This document shows, piece by piece, positions 10,901 through 21,673 of a stretch of 64,000 nt of DNA. The notes below the pieces were generated by a model, which saw only the letters and a list, made by a program, of their open reading frames with translations, ran no database searches and had not been told where the DNA came from. Position numbers and translations under genes: made by a program. This DNA comes from Bugula neritina (lineage: Eukaryota > Animalia > Bryozoa). Positions within the stretch are counted from its first letter, which is position 1, and each line of letters begins with the position of its first letter. The DNA is taken from contig OZ037766.1 of assembly GCA_964035545.1 (NCBI GenBank), positions 9,414,722 to 9,478,721 on the forward strand, in the 5' to 3' direction.

Positions 10901-13900
10901 CCGCAGATGTTCCCACCTCCTGCGGGCCGACGATGAAACCTCCAGGGAAGAAGAAACGCAGGTCACCCAGACGGGTACTGCGTACTGGTAACCAACCGTG
11001 GCAACAGCCACGACGGACCAGCAAGGGGCTCCGCCCCGCCGCTACCTTTTCCATGCCCCTTCACAACAGATTCGCAGGGCTACAAGTCCAAGAATCTGTA
11101 TGGGAGCCCACAAAGGTAGCCGGGAATCTAGCCTCGGCACCCCCGAGGCCTACTTACCACCGCCCCAAGAGACCTCCTTCGCGACCCAAAGCGAGGGAGG
11201 TACTCCCTGCGAGAGTAAGGCCTGAAGGGAGAGTTCAGGTGCAGCCCCATGGGAACAGCTATTTCTTGCCCGGTAAACTGGAAGGCAAAGCTGTTACTTT
11301 CCTCATTGATTCGGGCTGTACCACGAACCTCTTGAGCCGCCAACTCTTCGACACCCTCAGTGCTAGGGCACCCTAGCTGACGGGTCATGCCTTCCCTTCT
11401 ATGGTATAATTGAGCTGACGGGACGAGTCCGTGATCAAACGATCCAAGAGACGTTCATCGTCAGTCAGCTCAAGGAGGACGCCATCCTCGGGATGCCATT
11501 CCTAAAACGGCACGGATGTCACATCGATTTTAGCAAATCTGCGATGATGATGTCCGGGCGAGAACTCGCCTGCGTCGACAAGTTCGGCCGCCCTTTAGTG
11601 GGAGGTGTGCAAGTGGTACGCAACCGTACCATACCAGGCCGCTCCCGGGCTACCATTCACTGCAGGGTGAATAATAGCCGGATCTCTGGACTCGGGGTAG
11701 TTGAAGGCGCGCACGAAAAGATCCAACTTGCCAGCAGTCTGAATCAGCTGACTGAGCAAGGGGAGATCTTAGTGCAGTGCGTCAACCCCTTTACCGAGTC
11801 TGTCAAGCTTCCGGCTGGGTCGATGCTGGGCCGTTTTCACTCTGTTCAGGAGGAGGACGTAGGCCCGTCGCTGGGTGATGCGACAGGGGCACTCCCTCAG
11901 TGCCCTACTCAAGGGCGAGGGACAGTCCCAGCACATCTCCGGGAGTTGTATGACACAGCCTGTAGCGGCTGCGCGAGTAACAGAGAACGCCAAGTTATGG
12001 CGAAGTTACTACGCAACTACGGTGATGTGTTCAGCAGCGGAGATCATGACGTGGGACTGACTGGAATTGTCAGACACGAAATACCGTTGACTGCAGGAAC
12101 ATTCCCTGTCCGGCAGCCCACACGCAGACTGGGGCCGGAGAAAGAGAAGGAGGTTAGCCGACAAGTACGGGATCTTCTGGACCGGGGACTGATAGAGCCC
12201 GCCCATAGTGCGTGGAGCTCGCCGGTCGTGCTGGTCCGGAAGAAAGACGGCAGTTGGCGGTTCTGTGTGGATTACCGCAAACTCAATAGCGTAACCATAC
12301 AGGACGCCTACCCTCTACCTCGTATTGACGAGTCGTTGGACGCCCTAGCCGGCAGCAAGTACTTCAGTACGTTAGACTTGCTGAGTGGCTATTGGCAAGT
12401 CCCTCTAAGTCCCGACGCCCAGGAAAAGGCGGCGTTTATCACACGGGACGGGTTGTGGAAGTGGAAGGTGTTGCCTTTCGGGTTGACCTCCGCCCCAGCC
12501 ACCTTCCAGAGGCTGATGGAGCAAGTCCTCAGCGGGCTCCATTGGAAGACACTGCTGATCTACCTCGATGATGTCATCGTGATCTCCCCAGACTTCGAGA
12601 CACATGTCAGTCGTCTGCAGGAGGTTTTCGAGAGACTCCGAGGTGCCGGTCTTAAGCTCAAACCTTCTAAGTGCGCTCTATTGCAGCCAGAGGTTAAGTA
12701 CCTGGGGCACGTTGTCGGGCGAAACGGCGTGGCAACGGATCCCGAGAAGGTGCGGGCAATAGAAGACTGGGTCAACCCCCAAGACTTGACCGGACTCCGG
12801 GCTTTCTTGGGGCTGGTAGGGTATTACAGACAATACATACCAGACTTTGCGGGCATAGCACAGCCATTAAACCGGCTCACCGCAAAGGGAGTGACGTGGC
12901 AGTGGACCCCAGTCGAACAAGGAGCGTTCGACCGCCTCAAGGGCTGCCTGCTAACGGCGCCCATCTTGGCCTACTCAGACCCCACTCTGGAGTACATCCT
13001 CGACACGGACGCCAGTGACCAAAATGTTGGCGCTGTGTTGTCTCAAGTGCAGGAAGGCCGAGAGGTAGTAGTAGCCTACTACAGCAAGTCTCTCTCACCC
13101 ACTGAATGAAATTACTGCACTACCCGCAAAGAGCTGCTGGCAGTAATCAAGTCAGTGAAGCACTTCAGACCATACCTATATGGCAGGAAGTTCCGGCTGC
13201 GTACGGATCATGCCTCGCTGATCTGGTTGTGCAAGAGAGCAGAGCCCTCTAGTCAGGTCGCCTGGTGGCTCGAAATCCTAGCTGAATTCTCATACCGGAT
13301 CGAACATCGACCGGGCAAGAGACACAGCAATGCGGATGGGTTGAGTCGCCGACCTGATGGAGGTTGCAAACAGTGTCTCAACATCGAGAGGAGGGATGGA
13401 GGTCCCCCGCGATGCGAGTTGGAGACGCTGGCTCACCACGGAGCACCGTTTGACTGGGACCAGGGTCAACTCAGACAGGAAGTTGATGAGTCCCCGGAGG
13501 GTGTACAAAACCTCCGCGCCAACCCTGTACTGGCCGGTAATGTTCGAGAGCTGAAGAAGCTCCAAGAAGAGCTGCCTGGAGTCGTGGCAGACATATACCG
13601 GGCCAAAGGGGAAGGGCGACGACCCAGCGAGGAACGCATACGACAGGGATGCGCCGAGTTCCGGCTATACTGTCAGCGTTGGGACTCGCTGCGGATCGGG
13701 CAGGATGGGTTACTAACCATCTCTTTAGCCGCCAGCGGCAGACACCCGGAGAGGAAGAGGGTAGTCTGCCCCACTGCCATCCGCCGTGAGTTGATTTGGG
13801 ATACTCACAAACAGGCCCACGCAGGGGTCAAGAGAGTGATGTCCAAATTACGACTCCGGTGGTATTGGCCACAAATGGAGCGTGACGTCCGGCTCAGAGT

Positions 13901-16900
13901 CAAACAGTGTGAGATCTGCCAGGCCAGTAAGCATAGCCGTCCCCCTGGTGAAGCAGGACGGCGGAGGCTATATGCTGGTAGGCCCTGGCAAGTAGTCGCT
14001 GTAGACCTGGTCGGACCCATGCCCCTGACCCCCAGAGGCAATAGTTGGATCTTAGTACTAACCGACCACTTTACTAGGTGGGCGGATGCTCTGGCTATCC
14101 CAGATGCGTCAGCCCCAACAGTGGCCAGGGCACTAGACCAACATGTATTCTGTTATTTTGGTCTCCCCGAACAGATACACTCTGATCAAGGCGCTCAATT
14201 CCAGTCTCAACTGATGAGCGACCTTTGCCACCTCTGGGGAGTAAATCAGAGCCGGACCACCCCCTACCACCCTCAAGGTAATGGGGTGGTGGAGCGCAAC
14301 AACCGGATGCTAGGTGATGCGCTCCGGAGTCTTCTCCTTGGACGAGGCCAAGAGGAATGGGATACGGTGTTGCCGCAAGTCATGCGTGCATACCGTAGCA
14401 CCCCACACACCAGTACTGGTGAGACCCCAAACCTCTTGATGCTCGGGAGAGAGACTCGTGTCCCTGACCATCTCACCTACCACGTTCCAGAGCAAGACAA
14501 CTCGGTTCACGAGTATGCCAGTGAACTAGTGGAACGGATGAAGGCCGCACACGATATACTGCGCGAACAGCAGTGGAAGGTGCGGCACGAAGATTCCGAT
14601 GAACCACCTCTCTACCAAACGGGAGATAAGGTGTGGATGGTCAATTACCGTAGGCGTCGCGGACAGGCTGATAAACTGAAGCCTAAGTTCGTAGGACCCT
14701 ACGTGATCGTCGAGGCTATGCCCAATCATACGTACAAGATTGAGCGCTCAGGACAGGTGTCTATCCAGAATGAGTCTCGCTTGAAACCGTATTGGGCTAG
14801 CCCCGACGCAGTGGGAGAAGCCCCCCCGTTGTTGGAACCCAGGAGGCAGACAACAACGCGCGGGCGACGGCGGCATGGACCTGAATACGAAGTGGTCATA
14901 CCGCGGGAAGAAAACTTGGTGAGAGAGGAGCGACAGCTTTTGCCAACGGAAGCGTGTCCGCCACCGCCAAGTTTAATTCCATCACTTCCAGAAACCGAGC
15001 CGGTTCCGGAAGTGCAAAACCCCACGGAGGGAGGGGCTCCATCCGGAGAACAAGAAGAGGTGACCGCTAACGGTGAAGTGGAGACGCCATTAGAGGCCCC
15101 TACTAATGAACCGGCGAGCGTGTCACCCCCCCTAGAACGGGGGCAGCGTACGAGACAACCCCCCGCATACTTGAAGGACTTCGTATGCGACTGCGTTAGA
15201 AGCGGCGCGTATGAAAGTCTAGGGGAAAACCGTACGAGAAAAGTATCGAGCAAACGTGGGAGTTGTCAACACCACGAAAATATCAACTTTTGTATCGGCG
15301 GAAATAGAAACAAAATTCATCCGCCGGGTGCACAAAGTCTTAATCACGCACCCCAACCACGTTGCTCGATCTTTTCATACGCTGATGCAGTCAGGAGTAG
15401 ACGTGTTTCTAAGCAGTAGTTCAAACCATTTCACACATTCAGTATGTCTTACGACAACAGATCGTGGGGTGAGTTAACTATATCTTAATATGAAACTAGA
15501 TTGCATCGCTCAGCTCCGACTCACTGAGTCAATCGAGCTGGAGATAGGTTAGTGAAATACCGTAGTAAGAACTCAGTTTGACTTAGAGATTTTTATAATC
15601 TCATTGCAATACGTGTTCTATCTGACTATTCACTACCATAAATCTCTACGAGGTAACTGAATGAGGAGTTGCCAGGCTATTCAAGCCGACAACACGGCAG
15701 TGTACTGTACTAACACTGTTGAAACTTTTTCAGATTACACTCGACCCGCTACAACCAGGGTACGGGATAGAGCACTTCCCGCTCCGCATCCTGGGGAGTA
15801 TGCCAATGGTGACCGGCCCGAGCCACTGCGCCGCCGTTGGCGGTGGGTGTCTCCAGAAACAGAGGAGCAGATAGAAACGGCCTGGGGGTCCAGAGGACGG
15901 ACGCGGTGCCAGATTTGTGGCGAAGAATGTGCCTCTCACTGCTCCTTGAAGCTACATGTCAACGCCCATCTCTTACTCACATTCTGCCCCTGCGGATACA
16001 ATGATGTCTACCCCTACCCTGTCACCAGACATCGAGCAACAGGCTGTTTCTCCGGAGAGAATTACGTGGTAGATGCCAAGCTCTATCCAGAATTCCTCAC
16101 TCTGATACGACCTCTAGTAAAGAAGGCGATGTTGTTAGCCGTCCTGACCTCGGGTTTCCAGCGTGTACTAAACAATGCCAGGCAACAATCTCCATTGGTA
16201 TCTGACCGCCCTCAGATTGCGTACACTCCCGAAGAGTTTTCCTATCCCGAAGAAGGAGAGGTCTCCCCTACCCCGATGAAGAGACGAACCAGGTCTCCCA
16301 GTCCCCCTCTGCGCCGCAGACGGACACTGTCCCCAGACCCTGCTCGCCTGGCCACAGTAGAGGAACGTCTCCTCCGATTACAGGAGGAATTTACCCAGTT
16401 AGCACCCGACCTGCTCAACACCACGACGGGGCTCTTCCAACTGAAAGGATCAGTGGGCCGGATCAAGCGGAAGCTACGTACATGCCAAGCCAAACATCGG
16501 CGTGCCCAACATTGACTCTGGTTCTGCTACCCGGAATAATCCACAACTTCGTCCTCTTGGGAGACCCAAGACTATCATGCAAATGCTTGACTGCTCGACA
16601 GGTCGACTCTTTGTCCAATACACAGTTAGTTTAAGGTCATTACTTTCCAAATTCAGGCACTGCTTTATGTTATATATAAACGGTTTCCAGGGGATAGCTC
16701 GAACAGTTTTTGTCTCACATTAACAAGTTTTACATGAAAAGATAGCTCTTGCATTCCTCTTTCATATACTTTTTTAATTTTTCAATAAAAAATTTTCTGA
16801 GAAAGTTGTTGCATAATAAGTAAAATTTTACACCCTCCATGTTCCACTGCTGTAGCACAGGGGATTCGTTTTATAAAGTCTAAAAGTTAAACTTGACATT

Positions 16901-19900
16901 CCTTGATATGTTTTCTCTAATATACTTTCTTTGTTTTTTGAAATTCTGTTTATGCTCTTCACAATTTGGTAAAAACATACACCATTTTGCAAGTTTCACT
17001 GCAATTTTCTAAATTCTTCATATGGTGGTTCTAGCTACGCTCCTGTGACTAATTATAACATTCCTAGTACGTTTGCCGCTCTGCGCTATCACAATAACAT
17101 ATAGTACCCTCTCGCACAAATTGGCAATCTATTGGATTTCTGCCAATATAATGTTCCCTGTTTTACATTAGCACTTAGCTGAATCATCTCACTATGTTAC
17201 AATAATAATATATTGAAAATGCCTCAGCACAACATAATTCTTTGTTTGTTTGGCAGAGTTAATTTCAGCTAAATCACTTCACTTTGCAGTCTTGTCAGTA
17301 AAGGTCTGTCTATAGCGCAGCAGGTGTATACTTTCAGTTTCTCTAATTCACATATGATTATTTTAAGTACATTGTATTCTATAAGATCAATTTAAGGTTT
17401 AGTCCAGTGTTCAGTATCTAATTATTATGCATGTATGTTGTCTTACTGTTGAACAAAAGTTAAAAAAAAACTTTACAATTATAGCCATATTTATTATACA
17501 TGCGTAGGATTTGCATAAGTTGACAAAAAAAATTGCAACAAAATAGGGTTGAACCATGACCAACCAACTCGTCGCTGACGCCTCTAACCTCTGGACCACG
17601 CAGTCATTATTCAAAAGACGCGCACTATATGAGTCACTATGATTACATAAATATTTCGCTCGCAAATGGGTTATAATTATTAGGCTGTCAATTCATGTTG
17701 ATAGCAGTCAACTGTTGCAATAGTCTCGGGTTACTAGCAAAGCTAATGGTTTTGAACAAATAACCCAAAAGTTTAAAAATAAGTAGCTTGCGTATTACTA
17801 GCTACAAAAACAGGTCTGAAATAGACTGGTAAAGCAAGCTCTTATTGTAGAATTTGCAGATGTGCTCTAAAATAAAACTTAAACTGTATGCTATTACATA
17901 AGTATTTGTATGCGAGAGATAAATGGACATTACTGAGTTTCTGGAAAACAACATACTTGAAGTTAACTTTGACAATGGTGTGTTATTTTCATCATAGCTA
18001 GCCTATAGCATAAATCTCTAATCATATGAATCTTTATGAAGCCCACAGCTCATGTAAGGGTGGCAATGTAATTTGAAATGAACAATTATGTTGCTGCATT
18101 GTGTCTAAGGTATATTAGAGAGCAAAATTTGGTTTTACTAGCCTACCCCAACGGCATTCTACAATGCAGCTTATATGCTGGCAGTTGTAATAAGTACTGC
18201 CAATAGCAAGGTTACTATCACTGCTAGCTCTGTGCAGCATGTAACCTCTTGAATAATTGCGCCAATTTTAAACTCATGGAAGTTGGCCAAGTTATCATAT
18301 CGCAGCCAGCCACCGGAGACAAAGCATCAGAGCTATTCATATAATATTATACTAATGCACTTGGTAGCAGAGTGGCTAATCTAATATAGTTCATAGTTCC
18401 ACACCCTTTACTTTGGGAATACAGCCTCTTTTTTTAGGTTTACCTTACAAAGCATGAAAATATCTAAACTGATATTCTGATAATTTAGAGGTACATTTTG
18501 AAAACTAGGTTAATTGCACTTGTTTGCACAACAACAATAATAAAATAGATATTATGCAGTATAATAAAAACACACATAATACTATATAATATATTACAAT
18601 GATAATAATATAATATTATAAGTACCATTACTGCATTTTATAAATCACATGATTGCCAAAAAAATGTATCACAAATTTTGTAATTATACATCAAAAATAG
18701 AACTAGCTAGGCAGCAGGTTAGAATAAAGTAAATTTTTAAAACATGAAATCATGATTTGACTATTGTTTTATTTAGGCCAACCAACCTAGGAATACAAGA
18801 TTGGGTTTTAGCTGACAGTTTATAACATTTAGCTTTTGAGCCAGCAGCACTGGCACTTGTGAAGTATAGGCAAAGTTAGTGAAGCGAGACTAACAAGCAC
18901 TCAAATACAAGGCATATTGAGACACAATAACAAGTCAGGAGCGTATAAATTGAAAAGAATGTGGAAGGGGGACTATGTTTTTCAACAAGCTATAACTTAA
19001 ACATGAATTGGCTTTTGAAAAAAATAAAAAAGTATATTGGAGAACATAAGTTTCTTTATCTTTTCATATTTTTTTTGTTCCTGTGACATTCAACCTGTTC
19101 GAGCTATCAGTGGAACATTGTTCATATAGAACATAAAGCACCTGGCAAAGAGCCAGAAAATGAAAAGTATGACCTTAAACCAACTGTGTACTACAGCTAG
19201 CCGGTATTCCTCCTCTATAGCTGGCCAATTGTATGTAACTTGCTGTTATAATGACTCTGTCTGTTATTAGATATCTTTATATGTGTTATGTACTATCTTT
19301 TGGTCTACTGATGTATGTGGTTAATGATGAATGTTTTTTTATCAGAAAGAGGGCTTTCTGCTGGTGGGGGCGGTGTGGTGGCTCGTGGAGCTACCAGCAG
19401 CACAGCATACAGGGTCGCGTAATTGACCCGGAACAATTGATAGTCAATTAGCGGGTTTGATAGTTAGCAGCAATAATAATTTTCCCGCTGTTAGTCAGTC
19501 GAAGTTAGAGTGCTGAATAGACTAGATGTGTAAATTGTCAGATGTATTTGTCTCGTTTTTGTAATGTATTATTGTGTGTAAAATATATACTCGTTCACTC
19601 GACTTATCTTGGTGCAGTTCTATAGCAAGTAATTAGACTCTCTGGATAGCATATCAACCCTAAATCTGAAAAACTTAACACTTGTACATTTGATAGAATA
19701 ATGTTCACGCTTGTAGTAATTACTGAAATGTTGTTAAAATATTATTTATATATTATGTGTTTATAGCTTAGCTAATACAACTGATTGAGTTAGCATTGCA
19801 AAGGTTTAAACAACAAATACCAGCAGGTTAATTTTTTATCAAGAAGTAATAAAATTTTAGATAATTACAATAACTTTAATTTTCAAACATTTTGAAGCAA

Positions 19901-20631
19901 TTCATTGACCAAATGAAAGAACCTAAACCGGAAACACAGACTTGGAAAGAATCTGATTTTCTCAAATGCAACCAATGTAAGATTTCTATTCAAGATGGTC
20001 ACGTTTATAAATGTGGGTAAGGAAAAATAATTTCTATCCCTACTTAAAAAGTTAACACGAAATATGCTTTTAATATGTCTAACAATATATCTACATATAT
20101 GAAACAACTTGTAAATATTACATTCAGGCTAACAATGCTGTAATGTATAAGAGACACTGAATTAACACCATTTTGAGATACAAAATTTAAGCTACTTTTC
20201 AAGACTATATAGGCGGCCAGTAGAAATATAACTAAATTTGACTATTTTACAAACTATTCTAGGCGTTGCTTAGCTGGTAAGACTACATAAAATTGTTGTA
20301 GAAATTTTTAGTGAAGAGCCTACATGTGAATTATGACCAATTTATTTGACACTTGCTTGAATTAATTAAACAGCTCATAATAAATGACCTACTCAGTTGC
20401 AGAGTAAGTTCAAAGGCCGGGCCATTAGTTGAGCCAACTGCAGGTAATATAATGCTTATGTTTACTATAATATACAGATCATGTGAGGACTACATACTGT
20501 GTGAAAATTGTGAGGACAAGTCTGAAGAATTTCATGACAAGAAACATCTATTTATGAAAATACACGCCCAGCATCCTTTATGCAAAGAGCTGCCTAAAGA
20601 AGTGGTTCTGCAAAGAGAATTCTACAAATGA
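7903..20631 (+). CDS. RING-ZZ-ZZ protein, paralog 2 (259 aa). Exons 7903-8173, 8635-8734, 9467-9602, 19898-20016, 20478-20631; intron 3 contains the Gypsy element
   Basis: Exon sizes 271/100/136/119/154 mirror paralog 1 (271/100/136/125/154) with the same phases; the spliced frame is open to TGA at 20629-20631. The exon 4 acceptor is a weak TTTTGAAG. Confidence 0.85.
9645..9951 (+). repeat. 5' LTR (307 bp)
   Basis: TGTGGTGGCTCG...AAACTTAACA; differs from the 3' LTR at 4 positions by my count, all transitions. Confidence 0.97.
9953..9970 (+). promoter_or_regulatory. Primer-binding site complementary to the tRNA-Leu 3' end
   Basis: TGGTGGCAGTGGTGGGAT begins 1 nt after the LTR and is the reverse complement of the metazoan tRNA-Leu (AAG/TAG-type) end ...AUCCCACC(A/G)CUGCCACCA. 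Confidence 0.85.
9983..10936 (+). CDS. gag: Gag (317 aa) with C-terminal CCHC zinc knuckle
   Basis: Intact ORF 12 nt after the PBS; capsid-like APTFTG..EQFI..F..V..W region; CWECGNQGHFRRYC knuckle. Confidence 0.93.
   Translation: METENAGTQPPAVEGERRDNAVETMPVNHVVEERRVPRELTEDRYRLKAPTFTGEEEVEQFIQEFSDVMDVAQWPPRVALLKLRMALMDKAKPYGLGVDIDNIFASLRARFGLSATDARARLQRLRRDPRTPLREHAAAVMKLAQIAYSDLPPVNRERYTLDAFIASVDDLGLHHQFLARGVTIVEDALTEGEAYLLANQMHKSRGSSRQVEVDRADTAAGQGEETPAAAAVSQLATASKVTQLTDMLAKLIATLTPQTPVSTATEPVRPPAPPQGEAVSFCWECGNQGHFRRYCPFLNQGLNYRGPQMFPPPAGRR
10885..10949 (+). promoter_or_regulatory. Programmed -1 ribosomal frameshift signal (gag to pol)
   Basis: G_TTA_AAC (10885-10891) in the gag frame, 5-nt spacer, perfect 10-bp stem CGGCCCGCAG (10897-10906) / CTGCGGGCCG (10920-10929); loop TTCCC can pair with GGGAA (10945-10949). 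The -1 frame is open into the protease. Confidence 0.85.
10891..15419 (+). pseudogene. pol: Pol (aspartic protease, RT, RNase H, integrase with GPY motif), inactivated
   Basis: LIDSG protease motif (about 11302-11316), YLDD (12561-12572), LDTDAS RNase H, HHCC and D,D35E integrase, KFVGPY, terminal RTRQPPAYLKDFV. Frame break near 11367 (TLSAR then GTLADG in another frame) and in-frame TGA at 13107-13109. Confidence 0.95.
15661..16515 (+). CDS. Retrotransposon ORF3 in the env position: C2H2 plus C2HC zinc fingers, basic SP-rich segment, coiled coil; probably expressed as spliced 9983-10025 + 15734-16515 (274 aa)
   Basis: CQIC-x12-H-x3-H and CPC-x12-H-x4-C; KRRTRSPSPPLRRRRTLSP; heptad-like LATVEERLLRLQEEFTQL; GC-rich like gag/pol; no signal peptide or convincing TM anchor. 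Confidence 0.8.
   Translation: MRSCQAIQADNTAVYCTNTVETFSDYTRPATTRVRDRALPAPHPGEYANGDRPEPLRRRWRWVSPETEEQIETAWGSRGRTRCQICGEECASHCSLKLHVNAHLLLTFCPCGYNDVYPYPVTRHRATGCFSGENYVVDAKLYPEFLTLIRPLVKKAMLLAVLTSGFQRVLNNARQQSPLVSDRPQIAYTPEEFSYPEEGEVSPTPMKRRTRSPSPPLRRRRTLSPDPARLATVEERLLRLQEEFTQLAPDLLNTTTGLFQLKGSVGRIKRKLRTCQAKHRRAQH
15708..15733 (+). promoter_or_regulatory. Branch point plus 3' splice site for an ORF3 subgenomic mRNA (partner donor at 10025/10026)
   Basis: TACTAAC at 15708-15714 and ACTTTTTCAG ending at 15733; donor GAAG|GTGAGC in gag codon 15. The join G+AT restores ORF3 codon GAT. Confidence 0.75.
16621..19188. mobile_element. Non-autonomous TIR DNA transposon, copy A (2,568 bp; CMC/EnSpm-like), nested in the Gypsy 3' UTR
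   Basis: 20-bp TIR CACAGTT(A/G)GTTTAAGGTCAT ... ATGACCTTAAACCAACTGTG, 2-bp TSD TA, subterminal inverted GATAGCTCGAACAG, no long ORF; near-identical inverted copy at 43416-45967. Confidence 0.92.
19363..19373 (+). promoter_or_regulatory. Polypurine tract
   Basis: GGTGGGGGCGG abutting the 3' LTR. Confidence 0.7.
19374..19680 (+). repeat. 3' LTR (307 bp)
   Basis: Direct repeat of 9645-9951 followed by TSD CTTG. Confidence 0.97.
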
Positions 20632-21673
20632 GTTGGACATCAATTATAATTGCAGCACCAAAACTTGAGTGCAAAAGACAAAATGCAAGTGTATGGAAGC
20701 AATTAACTATAAAATGCAGCTTTATATTGTATGCGATAGAAAAATTTGAATATAGTAAGCCTACTGCTATAATATGGTGAAAAAGCCTCAGCTGTTTTTG
20801 GTTGGTTTATTTTGCTTTTTGTGAAATTTAAAGTATAAATTTTTGGATGCTTGATTCTTTTTTATAACTCTCATCTTATGTCCAACAAAATACTCTTTTC
20901 AATGAACTATCTCAAGAAAACATTTCTAACTATTTCTATACATTGATTTTTAATCTTAATTTATTTTTTCAAAGTGGCTATATTCTACAAATATATATTA
21001 TAAATGTAATTTGTAGTATTTAATTATTCATCATATTATGTACAGCTACATTTTATTTATAGTAGGCGTCATAATAATTATATATGCAAGTGGTGCAAAA
21101 TAACTCTTAAAGCAGTACTATTCTGATTGCAGCTGAAACATGGCTAGACTATATTGTTATACAACCGATGAGCACATAGCCAAGTAGGCAATAACTGGCA
21201 TTGTGTATGTTCAATAGAGACATGGCAATAACAACAAAATGAAACTGATTTGGGAAATTTTAAAATCATTTCCGCGTAGCTTATCGTGCAGTTACAAAGG
21301 CTTGGGGTAGTAATGAAATGCCAAAAGCCACAGTAGTAAGACAGTTGGACTTTACAAGCTAAGATAAAACAAAAGACTATACTGGTTAGTAGCTTTATCA
21401 TATTTTAGTAGATTCAACAATTAGCACTCTAACATTTTATTTCATGAACTACAATGTTGTCAGGGATGGATCTTCAAAGTTAAACCTATATTAGATATTT
21501 GACTTTGATTCATTAAATCAATCAATTTGCCAATATAAAACAAGCAAACCCAATTTCAATTTTAAATTGACAACTTTTAATTTCAAAGTAGGTGCTTGAT
21601 AAAAAAGTATAAAACATAATGAAAAGACTACATGATGAGTATGAATACTAGTTTACTGCAGAGAGGTGATAAG

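Larger units (their letters stand above)
9645..19680 (+). mobile_element. Full-length Ty3/Gypsy LTR retrotransposon (10,036 bp; 7,466 bp without the nested TIR element)
   Basis: TG...CA LTRs at 9645-9951 and 19374-19680, 4-bp TSD CTTG (9641-9644 and 19681-19684), PBS, PPT, and gag then PR-RT-RH-IN order, which is diagnostic of Gypsy rather than Copia. Confidence 0.98.

Noticed and set aside
11340-11500. A second programmed frameshift or readthrough at TAG 11374-11376
   Set aside because: No slippery site or stem; the protease sequence resumes in another frame and looks shortened, consistent with a deletion in this copy.
10121-16493. Many antisense and alternate-frame ORFs within the retrotransposon
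   Set aside because: Shadow ORFs expected in GC-rich coding DNA; no motifs.
15661-16515. ORF3 as an envelope glycoprotein
   Set aside because: No signal peptide, fusion-peptide layout or C-terminal TM anchor; it has zinc fingers and basic NLS-like motifs instead.
16621-19188. Retrotransposon capture (transduction) of an intron from the neighbouring Ig receptor gene
   Set aside because: The shared 2.56 kb is bounded exactly by TIRs and has its own TSD at both sites, so it is an independent DNA transposon inserted twice.
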